Positions 55,133 to 64,000 of a stretch of 64,000 nt of DNA are shown piece after piece. Every line of letters begins with the position of its first letter. Position 1 is the first letter of the stretch. Made by a program: the position numbers and the translations under genes. Origin of the DNA: an uncultured bacterium (GTDB taxonomy: Bacteria; Patescibacteriota; Minisyncoccia; UBA6257; 2-01-FULL-56-20); assembly GCA_963707865.1 (NCBI GenBank), contig OY970175.1, positions 396,305-460,304 on the forward strand. The letters run 5' to 3'. Below the pieces are notes generated by a model. That model saw only the letters and a program-made list of their open reading frames with translations. It had not been told where the DNA came from and searched no databases.

Positions 55133-57085
55133 TTATTGGTGGACGCCGGGGGTGCTGCTCGGTGAATTCGCAGCCGGCTGCGCGACGATCCTATTCCAAT
55201 AATACCAACTCATCACATCCTTTGCTATCGGCACCGCATTCAAGCTTCCTTCCTTTGAGTTCTCAATAAGGACAAGGATGGACACCTGCGGATTCTCGCA
55301 CGGCATATAGCCCACAAAGAGCGCGTTCTCCTGCTGGTTGTTCGCTACTTGCGCGCTGCCGGTCTTCGCACACACATCTATCGGCAAATCATGCAATGAA
55401 TACGCCGTTCCCTGCGGCGACGCTACCCCTTCCCGCATCCCCTGCTGCACTTCTTGTATCTGCGGAAGAAGGCCCACGAGATCCTCCGTGATCTGTAGAG
55501 TGGAAGCGGCATTCAGGAACGGCCGGTAAATTTTTCCGCCGTTGCCAATGGCGCCGATGTAGTCCAAAAGCTGGAGCGGACCCATAAGCAGGTCGCCTTG
55601 GCCAATGGAAACATTGTAGGTGTCGCCGAGGAGCCAGGGCGTTCCCATGCGTTTCTGTTTCCAATCCGGCGTGGGCAGGAATCCATCCGCTTCGTCCGGC
55701 ATGTCAATGCCGGTCGGCTTCCCGAGGCCGAATGTTTCCCACCATTTGTGCAATCGATCAATACCGAGACCCGAAATGCCGTAGTCGCTCGGATCATTCA
55801 AAGACGGCGTGCTTGCCGGCGGCGAACCGCCACCGACAACGTAGAAATACACGTCCGACGATTGCGCGAGCGCGGATGCCAAGTCCACGCTTCCCTGATA
55901 ACGCCAGTCCAGATACCGGCTCGGCGTTGAAGAATTGTACGGATTTGGCACAAAGAGATAGCCGGGTGAAAAGATGGTGCGTTGCGGGTCGATCACGCCT
56001 TCTTTGAGCGCCGCCACGGCATCCAGGGGCTTCACGGTGGAACCGGGATTGTAGAACCCACTCACGGCACGGTTGAAAAGCGGCTTGTCGGAGGAAGAAA
56101 GCAAACGCGCTATCTCCGCCGTCCCGTCGGCACTGGATTGCGAGAACACATTGTTGTCAAAACCAGGAAGATTGATGAGCGAAAGCACTTCGCCCGTCTG
56201 CGGATCTATCGCGAGGCCCACGCCCACGGTCCTCCCGAGCGACCGCAAACCGCTTGCGAGGCGCGAATAGAAATACGACTGCAGCTCTCCGTCAATCGTA
56301 AGATGAAGCGAGTCACCGACCTGCGGCGCGGATCGTTGTTCTTCGCGGAGCAACGCACCCTGCGCATTCTTGTATTGCACCGTCACTCCGGGCTTTCCGC
56401 GCACCGCATCGTCGTAGTATGCCTCAACACCCATTTTGCCTATGAAATCGGTGCCATTTAAGGATGGATTTGTCTTTAGGTCGCTTCCGCTCACGCGGCC
56501 CGTATAACCGATAACCGAGGAGAACACGGGCCCTTTGGGATAGTCGCGGATGAATTCGCTCTCCACTTTGATCGTCGCGAGGTTCGTTGCTTGGAGATTC
56601 ACAAGCTCGTTCTGCGTAAGGTTTTCCGCAAGGACGACCGGCGTCGCGAAATCCTGCGCGGCGGCCTGATTCACAAGGTTCGTGAAATCGTAGGAAGTGA
56701 TACCGAGCACGCTTTGCGCGATGCGCGCGGTATCTGCGCGAAGCGACTCGTCGTTCACATATGCGCGCGTGTCAAGCACCGCCGCGAACGCCGCCTTGCT
56801 TTCCGCGAGCACGTCGCCTTCGCGGTCGTAGATCGTGCCGCGCGGCGCCGGCGCCATTTTGTATTCTGCCACATTGTCTTCCGCCCGCGCCGCGTAATAC
56901 GCGCCGCTTGCCCAATTAAGATAGATAATCCGCGCCGCGACCGCGAGCGTAACGCAAAAAACAGCTGCCCCAAGCCAAAGGAATGGCCGGTGTCCAATGG
57001 GAACCTCCGCCATGTCCAAATCGCGGCTCCAATCGTCGTGCAACGAATCTTCAAAAGCGACTTCGCGGAAACGATCCTGCTTCAT
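55133..57085 (-). CDS. mrdA: penicillin-binding protein 2 (elongasome transpeptidase)
   Basis: It has an N-terminal TM helix, the STVK (SxxK) and KTGSA (KTG) motifs, and lies downstream of mreBCD. Confidence 0.8.
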   Translation of the reverse strand: MKQDRFREVAFEDSLHDDWSRDLDMAEVPIGHRPFLWLGAAVFCVTLAVAARIIYLNWASGAYYAARAEDNVAEYKMAPAPRGTIYDREGDVLAESKAAFAAVLDTRAYVNDESLRADTARIAQSVLGITSYDFTNLVNQAAAQDFATPVVLAENLTQNELVNLQATNLATIKVESEFIRDYPKGPVFSSVIGYTGRVSGSDLKTNPSLNGTDFIGKMGVEAYYDDAVRGKPGVTVQYKNAQGALLREEQRSAPQVGDSLHLTIDGELQSYFYSRLASGLRSLGRTVGVGLAIDPQTGEVLSLINLPGFDNNVFSQSSADGTAEIARLLSSSDKPLFNRAVSGFYNPGSTVKPLDAVAALKEGVIDPQRTIFSPGYLFVPNPYNSSTPSRYLDWRYQGSVDLASALAQSSDVYFYVVGGGSPPASTPSLNDPSDYGISGLGIDRLHKWWETFGLGKPTGIDMPDEADGFLPTPDWKQKRMGTPWLLGDTYNVSIGQGDLLMGPLQLLDYIGAIGNGGKIYRPFLNAASTLQITEDLVGLLPQIQEVQQGMREGVASPQGTAYSLHDLPIDVCAKTGSAQVANNQQENALFVGYMPCENPQVSILVLIENSKEGSLNAVPIAKDVMSWYYWNRIVAQPAANSPSSTPGVHQ

Positions 57086-57184
57086 CGGTTCTTAGCATAG
57101 AACCCATCTCACAAATAGGCAATCACATATCGCGAGGGATTTTCGAGCGAGAGCAGCCGAAACTGGCCGGAAGAGACGAATATC

Positions 57185-57622
57185 CTACTTTTGAAATGAG
57201 TTCTGGAGCAGGAAGAAAACGCACGTGCCGAAAAGCAAACCTGCCGCGAGATCCGGCAAAAACAGCCGCCACGATGCGAGGAATGCCGCGGGCGCAGCCG
57301 CGATGGCAAGCGTAAGAAATCCGAGGAAGATCGCGACGAGGTTTTCAAACCACGGCTGCGAGCGGAACGCATCGCGCAAAAAGTAGACTGCAAAAGGAAA
57401 CAATGCGAACACGAGTATCTCCGCGCTCACGGCCGGCTGCCAGTTGATGATAAAAACCGCGACGAGGACAAGAAATGCCAATTCCCAAAATCCGAATACC
57501 AACGCGAACGCAATGAGCGCGGCGAAAGAAAAATCAAAATACACGTTCGCCGCGGCAAGCGAGAACTGGAGCGCAAGCGCGATGAGCAGGAGCACGAGGC
57601 CGGCAAGCAGTTTTAGGGTCAT
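57185..57622 (-). CDS. mreD: rod shape-determining protein MreD-like
   Basis: A polytopic small membrane protein placed after mreC. Confidence 0.5.
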   Translation of the reverse strand: MTLKLLAGLVLLLIALALQFSLAAANVYFDFSFAALIAFALVFGFWELAFLVLVAVFIINWQPAVSAEILVFALFPFAVYFLRDAFRSQPWFENLVAIFLGFLTLAIAAAPAAFLASWRLFLPDLAAGLLFGTCVFFLLQNSFQK

Positions 57623-58287
57623 CGGGCGATGGCAACGACTTGCATGCCGTTGCTGTCGTAGGCGAACGTGAGGGCCGCTTCTTCAAAAAGATTGTCTGCG
57701 GATGTGGTCGTGCTTTGGACAGTGGCAACTGGAAGTCCGTATGGCAATCCCTCCGCCGCGGCATAGACGATATCGCCCGCATGCACCGTGGCACTTTTCG
57801 CCATAGAAGCAACTAAGGGAGATGCGCCGCCTACAAGCAGGCCGTCATTCCCCGCCGCGCCGACGCGCACTGGTAGTTTAAAGTTGCCGTCAAACACCGT
57901 CCGAATGAGCGAGGAATCAGGAAACGTTTTTTCTACGACGCCGACGAGGATTCCTTGAAACACCACTGCCTTGCCCCCCGCGACGCCCTCGTTCGCGCCT
58001 GCATCAACAAGAAATTCATTTTTGAAATTAAAAGGGTAGCGCGAATACACCATGGCAGAAAGGTACGCGGGCGAGGAACTGGGCAATTGCGCGGCGACGC
58101 GCGCGAGTTGCGCAAGCTCGGCTTTCAACTCCTCGTTTTCCGCGACGAGAACGCTACTGCTCGCTTGGGGTGCCGCAAGAGGATCGAGCCACGCCCGTAC
58201 CCGCGCGCCGTACTGCGGCGCAAGAAACACAAGCACGATCAAGATGACAATGCATGCTACGAGAGACCATCCGTCACGCTTCTTCAC
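57619..58287 (-). CDS. mreC: rod shape-determining protein MreC
   Basis: It has an N-terminal TM helix, a coiled-coil region and a beta domain, and lies after mreB. Confidence 0.7.
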   Translation of the reverse strand: MKKRDGWSLVACIVILIVLVFLAPQYGARVRAWLDPLAAPQASSSVLVAENEELKAELAQLARVAAQLPSSSPAYLSAMVYSRYPFNFKNEFLVDAGANEGVAGGKAVVFQGILVGVVEKTFPDSSLIRTVFDGNFKLPVRVGAAGNDGLLVGGASPLVASMAKSATVHAGDIVYAAAEGLPYGLPVATVQSTTTSADNLFEEAALTFAYDSNGMQVVAIAR

Positions 58288-58299
58288 ATTAGAAGAAAA

Positions 58300-59343
58300 T
58301 TAAAGGTTGATTGACAACGGTTTCAAGGGATTATCCAAAAGTTCGCGGTGGGCCTCAAAATCGTCCACCATCTGCCCCAGGCCGCGCGCAACGCAGGTCA
58401 ACGGATCTTCCGCGATGCGGACCGGAACGCCGGTTTCCTTTTCCAAAAGCTCTCCCAGCCCCCGGAGAAGTGCGCCTCCGCCACAAAGCGCGATACCCTG
58501 TTGAAGGATATCCCCCGCAAGCTCCGGCGGCGTTTCCTCAATCACCTCCCGCACTGCCTCCACCACGGCGTGGAGGGATTTCGCAAGCGCCACGCGCACA
58601 TGATTGTTTTTCAGACTGATCTCACGCGGCAAGCCGCTCGTGACGTCGCGGCCGCGGATCGGCACCTCTAACCGCTCGTCCATCGGAACGGCTGACCCCA
58701 CCGCGATCTTCGCGAACTCCGCCGTCGGTTCGCCGATCGCCAAATGGAACTCGTCGCGCACGAAATGTATGATATCTTCGTTAAACCGATCACCCGCTAA
58801 CTTGAGTGTCCGCGCAACCACAGTACCTCCCATGGAAATGACCGCGACATCAGTCGTACCGCCGCCGACGTCCACAATCAGGCTCGCAACGGGAGCCATG
58901 ATGGACAAGCCCGCGCCGAGTGCCGCCGCCGTGGGCGATTCCACGAGATACACTTTTGAGCATCCCGCGTTCAGCGCCGCGTCCTCCACCGATTTCCGTT
59001 CCACTTCCGTCAAATTGTTCGGGATCGAGAGGATCGCCCGCCGGTACGACGTGATCGGGCTCGCCTGCGGCCGGCGCAGGAAATGTCGCAGCATCTCTTC
59101 CGTCATTTCAAAATCGGAGATCACACCGTTCACGAGCGGCCGCACCACATTGATGTGCGCGGGCGTCCGGCCGAGCATCTTCTTTGCTTCGTCGCCCACC
59201 GCGAGAATATGGTTCGTCTTCGTGTTCACTGCCGCGACCGACGGCTCGTTCACCACGATACCCTTTCCCTTAAGATAGATAAGGGAATTGGCCGTCCCGA
59301 GGTCAATGCCGATGTCTTTGAAAATGTTACTGAAAAAAGCCAT
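58300..59343 (-). CDS. mreB: rod shape-determining protein MreB
   Basis: It has an actin-like ATPase fold, with DLGTANSLIY and VDVGGGTTDVAV. Confidence 0.9.
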   Translation of the reverse strand: MAFFSNIFKDIGIDLGTANSLIYLKGKGIVVNEPSVAAVNTKTNHILAVGDEAKKMLGRTPAHINVVRPLVNGVISDFEMTEEMLRHFLRRPQASPITSYRRAILSIPNNLTEVERKSVEDAALNAGCSKVYLVESPTAAALGAGLSIMAPVASLIVDVGGGTTDVAVISMGGTVVARTLKLAGDRFNEDIIHFVRDEFHLAIGEPTAEFAKIAVGSAVPMDERLEVPIRGRDVTSGLPREISLKNNHVRVALAKSLHAVVEAVREVIEETPPELAGDILQQGIALCGGGALLRGLGELLEKETGVPVRIAEDPLTCVARGLGQMVDDFEAHRELLDNPLKPLSINL

Positions 59344-59353
59344 ATTCCACTAA

Positions 59354-60628
59354 TTAGTTTGATAATTTCTTCACCGCTGCTTTAATATCCATGATTTCTG
59401 TGTCGGGTTTGCTGCGTCGCTTCATCTCCACCTGACCCTCGCCTAATTTCGGGCTTACGACAAGGCGCCACGGGATGCCGATCAGGTCCGCTTCCGCGAA
59501 CTTTTCGCCCGCGGAGAGGCTCCTGTCGTCATAAAGTACTTCAATTTTTTCATCCTGTAAAGCGCGATATACCGCATCGCCGCGCGCGCCGTTCAAGGCA
59601 AGGAGATGCGCGTGGAACGGAGCCACATTCGCGGGCCAAACGATGCCATTTTTGTCGCTCATGACCTCCACAATCGTAGCCATCACGCGACCAAGCCCGA
59701 TGCCGTATGACCCCATCACCACATATTTTTTTCTGCCTTTCTCGTCGGCGAATTGAAGATTGAACGCCTCGGAATATTTCGTGCCGAGCGGGAAAATATT
59801 GCCGACCTCAATCGCCTTTTCTTCGCTTATGCCGGCGCCACACTTCGGACATTTACCGTGAGCGTTGAGTTTTGAAATCTCCTTGTTCTCTGCGTATTCG
59901 CATTTCTTGCAGAGATAAATCGTATCTTCACCGACATCCGCGACCACCTGGAATTCGTGCGTGTTGCTTGCGGTGAAATCGCCGCCCGCGGCAAGCGTGT
60001 AATACGCCTTCAAACCGCATCGCGCAAAGATCTTTTGATACGCCGCGGCCACGCGATCGTAATATTTGAAGAGGTCCTCCTCGGATGCATGGAAACTATA
60101 GAGGTCCTTCATCAAAAATTCGCGGCCCCGTAAAAGCCCCGACTTCGCGCGCGGCTCGTTCCTGAACTTCGTTTGTATCTGGTACGCCGCGAACGGAAGA
60201 TCTTTATAGGAACTGATGTACTTCGTGCCGATCTCCGCCATGATCTCCTCGTGCGTCCAACTGATGTTGAATCCGGGTTCTTTTTCGCCGGCATCCTTTC
60301 CGCCCGAGATCACTTTGAACACCACATCCACATCCCAGCGTTTCGTCGCCTTCAAATAACGCTTGTCGTGCAGTGCCGCCATAAAGAGCTCCTGGCCGCC
60401 GATCGCATTCATCTCCTCGCGGATGATCCCCGCGATCTTCTGGATCACGCGCCACCCGAGCGGCAGGAACGAGTACACTCCCGCGGAATTTTTATAAATA
60501 AACCCGCCGCGCGTAAGGAGCTCGGCGTTCAATGCCACTTCGTCCTTCGGCGCGGCCCGTGATACCTTCGTAAAAAGCTCCGACTGGCGCATTACCCATA
60601 GGTTATCACCGAAACTTCCGATTGGCAA
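59354..60628 (-). CDS. proS: prolyl-tRNA synthetase (archaeal/eukaryotic-type, no editing insertion)
   Basis: It has class II motifs, a C-terminal zinc ribbon (CKKCEYAEN...CPKCG), and a length of 424 aa. Confidence 0.8.
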   Translation of the reverse strand: MPIGSFGDNLWVMRQSELFTKVSRAAPKDEVALNAELLTRGGFIYKNSAGVYSFLPLGWRVIQKIAGIIREEMNAIGGQELFMAALHDKRYLKATKRWDVDVVFKVISGGKDAGEKEPGFNISWTHEEIMAEIGTKYISSYKDLPFAAYQIQTKFRNEPRAKSGLLRGREFLMKDLYSFHASEEDLFKYYDRVAAAYQKIFARCGLKAYYTLAAGGDFTASNTHEFQVVADVGEDTIYLCKKCEYAENKEISKLNAHGKCPKCGAGISEEKAIEVGNIFPLGTKYSEAFNLQFADEKGRKKYVVMGSYGIGLGRVMATIVEVMSDKNGIVWPANVAPFHAHLLALNGARGDAVYRALQDEKIEVLYDDRSLSAGEKFAEADLIGIPWRLVVSPKLGEGQVEMKRRSKPDTEIMDIKAAVKKLSN

Positions 60629-60698
60629 AATAACTGAGATGGATTCTAGTGCTTTGTTTCAAGAGCGCAAACGCGTCGGTCAAGTATAACCATATCCT

Positions 60699-60980
60699 TC
60701 ACACGGCTTTTCCCCTAAGATCGGTTTTAATGGATGCAGTGTCGCCTTTTACCACTTTAATGTCACGTCTCAAAAGTCCCATCTCAATAGATAAAAGATC
60801 AACCTTGCCGCCATATGAATCTATTTTCGCATCCATCCCGTCCATGCGGCTAACAAGGTCGCCATATTGCTCGGCAATTAAAGCAGCTTGGCCCTTGAAA
60901 CATTCCATGGCCACCCCGACAATCTGCCGGAGTTCGGTTTTCAATTCTTCTTTTTCCGATTGTTCCATTACGATCAACAT
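60699..60980 (-). CDS. small coiled-coil protein, paralog family member 3
   Basis: Its pattern resembles 47697..48005 and 48122..48400. Confidence 0.35.
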   Translation of the reverse strand: MLIVMEQSEKEELKTELRQIVGVAMECFKGQAALIAEQYGDLVSRMDGMDAKIDSYGGKVDLLSIEMGLLRRDIKVVKGDTASIKTDLRGKAV

Positions 60981-61338
60981 AGCATACGGATGATTAAAAT
61001 TATATAAAAAAATTGTTAAATTTTTATTAAAAACTATTTGACTTTTGAAACACTTTCTTTATCCTGAAAGTAGGTTCCTGCCTCAGGAATAAGGAGTAAT
61101 TCTTACTCTTAGATTTCGACCCTACCGGGGCAATACGTTCATTTCTTATTTGTCGACGAATAAGAAATGAATCAGGAACGTGTCGCCTATCCAACGGTTG
61201 AGGCCACCACCCTACCCCGCCCGATCGTCTTTTTTCCGCGGGGAGGGTAAACCGCAAAAGGATAAAAAGCTCCAAGCGTCTGCCCCTGAAGGTCAGAAAG
61301 CCGCCGTGCACTGCGGGCGCCAATCGAAAGATTGGTGG

Positions 61339-61791
61339 TCAATGGGAGGATCGCTCATCCGAGCGTGGCGTCTCCCCAGAGGCAGATTCTTGGAGCTTTT
61401 TCTTTTTGAGCGATTTGATACCTCTTGGGCTGCGCGAAAACGCCGTTATTATTTCCCTCGCCGGACCTATCTTTTTATTCACAACTACAACAACATCCGC
61501 GCGCACTCTCATCACGCTGCCCGAATAATCTTTTTGATTTTTATTTGGTATCTCAAAGTCAAAATTAACTACTGCATTCGGTATTTGATCAAAAAGCTGT
61601 TTCACTTCTTCAACAGTCCTGCCATCTTCTTTGCGACGCTTGATGACATGAAGTATCCGTTCCTGCGGGAACCACGCATCGCCAAAACACAGTTCGGGAA
61701 ATGAATACGCTATATCAATATATGCGTGGAAAATTTTCCTTATATTTTCTACGGTGCTTACAGCATCCATAATGCCACCGTAGCAAATCAC
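61339..61791 (-). CDS. hypothetical protein
   Basis: A 150-aa ORF. The family A head motif lies 20 nt upstream of its start. Confidence 0.4.
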   Translation of the reverse strand: MICYGGIMDAVSTVENIRKIFHAYIDIAYSFPELCFGDAWFPQERILHVIKRRKEDGRTVEEVKQLFDQIPNAVVNFDFEIPNKNQKDYSGSVMRVRADVVVVVNKKIGPAREIITAFSRSPRGIKSLKKKKLQESASGETPRSDERSSH

Positions 61792-61867
61792 CGATTAAAT
61801 TTTTCTAAACCACGCGGGTCTGGACGATTTTCGAACAGTTCTCGGACTTGGCTTTGACAAAGTAGCT

Positions 61868-62008
61868 GCGCATGAGCGTTGGTTTTTCGGAGCATCCCGG
61901 AGCCGCAACGGCTTGAGGCGACCCTCAGGTCGCCTGTTGCGGCGAGGGCGAGCGGCGTTTCCCCGCTGGAGGAAACGACCGCGTCTCCGAAAAACCAACG
62001 CTCATGCG
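61868..62008 (+). repeat. structured repeat family B, copy 2, enclosed by a 25-bp perfect outer stem, abutting fusA stop
   Basis: The core 61884..61988 matches copy 1. The outer arms are gcgcatgagcgttggtttttcggag and ctccgaaaaaccaacgctcatgcgc. Confidence 0.6.
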
Positions 62009-64000
62009 CTAGCGCTTCTTCCCCTCTATAATAAGCTGCGCCACGTTCTGCGGCGTCGGCTCATAGTGATCAAATTCCATAGTAAACGAACCACGGCCCT
62101 GTGACATTGAACGGAGCTCGGTCGCATAGCCGAACATTTCGGAAAGCGGGACTTTCGCGTCAATCACCTTCAGCCCCGGCCGGTCACCAAGCGATTCGAT
62201 GCGGCCACGCTTCGCATTCAATTGTCCGGTCACTTCGCCCAAAAAGTCCGGCGGCACAAGCACCTGCAATTTCATAATCGGTTCCAAAATCACTGGCCTC
62301 GCGCGCTTCGCGGCCTCCTGGAACGCAATGGAACCCGCGATTTTGAATGCCGCCTCCGAGGAGTCCACTTCGTGGAACGAACCGTCGTACAAAGTCACCT
62401 CAACGTCCGTCACGGGATAGTGCGCGAGAATTCCTTTGTCCAGCGCTTCCTTCACGCCCTTCTCTGTCGCCGGAATGAATTCATGAGGGATAACGCCTCC
62501 TTTGATCTCATCCAGAAACACAAAACCCGTTCCGCGCGGAAGGGGCGTCACGCGGAGCCATACATGTCCGTACTGACCGCGGCCACCGGACTGACGGATA
62601 TACTTTCCTTCCGCTTCCGCCTCGCCCATAATTGTTTCTTTGTATGCCACTTGAGGCCGGCCCACGTTCGCTTCCACGCCAAACTCCCGCTTCATGCGAT
62701 CCACAATAATCTCCAAGTGTAGCTCGCCCATGCCAGAAATGATCGTCTCGCCGGTGTCCGGATCCCCCGCCACCCGGAAAGTCGGGTCCTCCTCGGCCAA
62801 ACGGTGCAGGGCTGTGCCCATTTTTTCCTGGTCTGCCTTTGTTTTCGGTTCAATGCGGATACCGATCACGGGTTCGGGGAAAGTGATGCGCTCCAAGACG
62901 ATGGGCGTTTCTGGATCGCAAAGCGTGTCCCCTGTCGTCGTATTTTTCAAACCAACGATCGCCGCAATCTCGCCCGCATAAACCTCTTCCACCTCCTCGC
63001 GATCGTTCGCATGCATGCGGACCACGCGACCGATGCGCTCCTGGTTGTTCTTGGTGGAATTCAAAATGTACGAACCGCGCTTCAGGACGCCGGAATAGTT
63101 TCTGAAATATGCGAGCGTGCCTACGTAAGGGTCGGTCGCGATTTTGAACGCGAGTGCCGAGAACGGCTCTTCGTCTTTTGGATAGCGCTCCACCTCTGCA
63201 CCCGTCTTTAGGTCGTGGCCCTTCACAGGTGGCAGGTCTGTCGGCGCCGGCAAGTATTCAACCACCGCATCCAGCACGAACTGCACCCCCTTGTTCTTCA
63301 ATGCCGAGCCGCAGAAGACCGGTACGATCTTGTTCGCGATCACCGCTTTGCGCAGCACGCGGCGAAGCTCTTCAATACCGATCTCCTTTCCGTCCAGATA
63401 TGCTGCCATCGCTTCGTCGTCGTTTTCAGCAATTTTTTCAATCAGCTCGTGGCGGCGCTTTGCAATGTCTGCCTTCATATCGTCCGGGATCGTGATTTCA
63501 ACTATCTTCTCACCATGCTCGCCCTCAGAGGTATATGCCTTGTTTGAAAGGAGGTCTACGATCCCCTTAAAATTTTCTTCCAAACCGATTGGCAGCTGCA
63601 CCGGGATGGCATGCGGCGTGAGCCGGTCAAGAATTGATTGAAAACTCCCCATAAAGTTCGCGCCCATCCGATCGAGTTTATTGATAAAGCAGATGCGCGG
63701 CACGTTGTATTCGTCCGCATAGCGCCAATTCGTCTCCGACTGCGGCTCAACGCCCGCGACACCGTCAAACACGACGACTGCGCCGTCGAGAACCCTAAGC
63801 GACCGCTTCACCTCTACCGTAAAGTCAATGTGTCCCGGCGTATCAATAAGGTTGATGCGGTGCTCATACTTTTTGTCGTGGTTGCGGTAGGTCGGCGTCC
63901 AGAACGCGGTCGTCGCGGCGGACGTGATCGTAATGCCGCGCTCGCGCTCCTGTTCCATCCAGTCCATCACGGTATCCCCCGTGTGCACCTCGCCGATCTT
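62009..64000 (-). CDS. fusA: elongation factor G (N-terminus beyond window end)
   Basis: It contains [17 protein letters not shown] and conserved domain IV-V motifs. The frame is open at position 64000. Confidence 0.9.
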   Translation of the reverse strand, partial: KIGEVHTGDTVMDWMEQERERGITITSAATTAFWTPTYRNHDKKYEHRINLIDTPGHIDFTVEVKRSLRVLDGAVVVFDGVAGVEPQSETNWRYADEYNVPRICFINKLDRMGANFMGSFQSILDRLTPHAIPVQLPIGLEENFKGIVDLLSNKAYTSEGEHGEKIVEITIPDDMKADIAKRRHELIEKIAENDDEAMAAYLDGKEIGIEELRRVLRKAVIANKIVPVFCGSALKNKGVQFVLDAVVEYLPAPTDLPPVKGHDLKTGAEVERYPKDEEPFSALAFKIATDPYVGTLAYFRNYSGVLKRGSYILNSTKNNQERIGRVVRMHANDREEVEEVYAGEIAAIVGLKNTTTGDTLCDPETPIVLERITFPEPVIGIRIEPKTKADQEKMGTALHRLAEEDPTFRVAGDPDTGETIISGMGELHLEIIVDRMKREFGVEANVGRPQVAYKETIMGEAEAEGKYIRQSGGRGQYGHVWLRVTPLPRGTGFVFLDEIKGGVIPHEFIPATEKGVKEALDKGILAHYPVTDVEVTLYDGSFHEVDSSEAAFKIAGSIAFQEAAKRARPVILEPIMKLQVLVPPDFLGEVTGQLNAKRGRIESLGDRPGLKVIDAKVPLSEMFGYATELRSMSQGRGSFTMEFDHYEPTPQNVAQLIIEGKKR

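Overview
High-GC (~57%) bacterial window, probably from a Patescibacteria/CPR-like genome; the ribosomal protein operon lacks L30. The minus-strand backbone holds mraZ-rsmH-ftsL-ftsI, rplJ-rplL, rpmG with tRNA-Trp, the spc/S10 ribosomal block from rplC to secY, tuf-rpsJ, mreBCD-mrdA, proS and fusA. The plus strand holds dnaE. The main non-backbone content is as follows. (1) A diversity-generating retroelement (DGR) at about 9.3-12.3 kb. It has a target gene whose C-terminal variable repeat (VR) differs from a downstream template repeat (TR) only at TR adenines, an inverted avd gene, and a reverse transcriptase that is split by a frameshift inside an (AG)14 dinucleotide tract. A large serine recombinase, a strong hairpin and tRNA-Glu follow. 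The whole block appears to be an island, phage-like at its left end (two DNA methyltransferases, terminase small and large subunits), that truncates the dcw cluster. (2) A tRNA-Thr(GGU) gene interrupted by a 215-nt group I intron between anticodon-loop positions 36 and 37, with a LAGLIDADG-like ORF abutting it. (3) Two previously unannotated repeat families: a ~240-nt element with three long copies and five solo ~27-nt head motifs, and a ~105-nt element in two copies whose stems covary. (4) An ~4-kb accessory insertion that splits the S10 operon between rplC and rpsJ; it carries an IS481-family element and an orphan hisG. (5) An FN3/peptidoglycan-binding protein sitting where secE-nusG-rplK-rplA would normally lie, tandem adk paralogs, and a structured RNA-like element in the tuf leader. 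No CRISPR array and no rRNA genes were seen.
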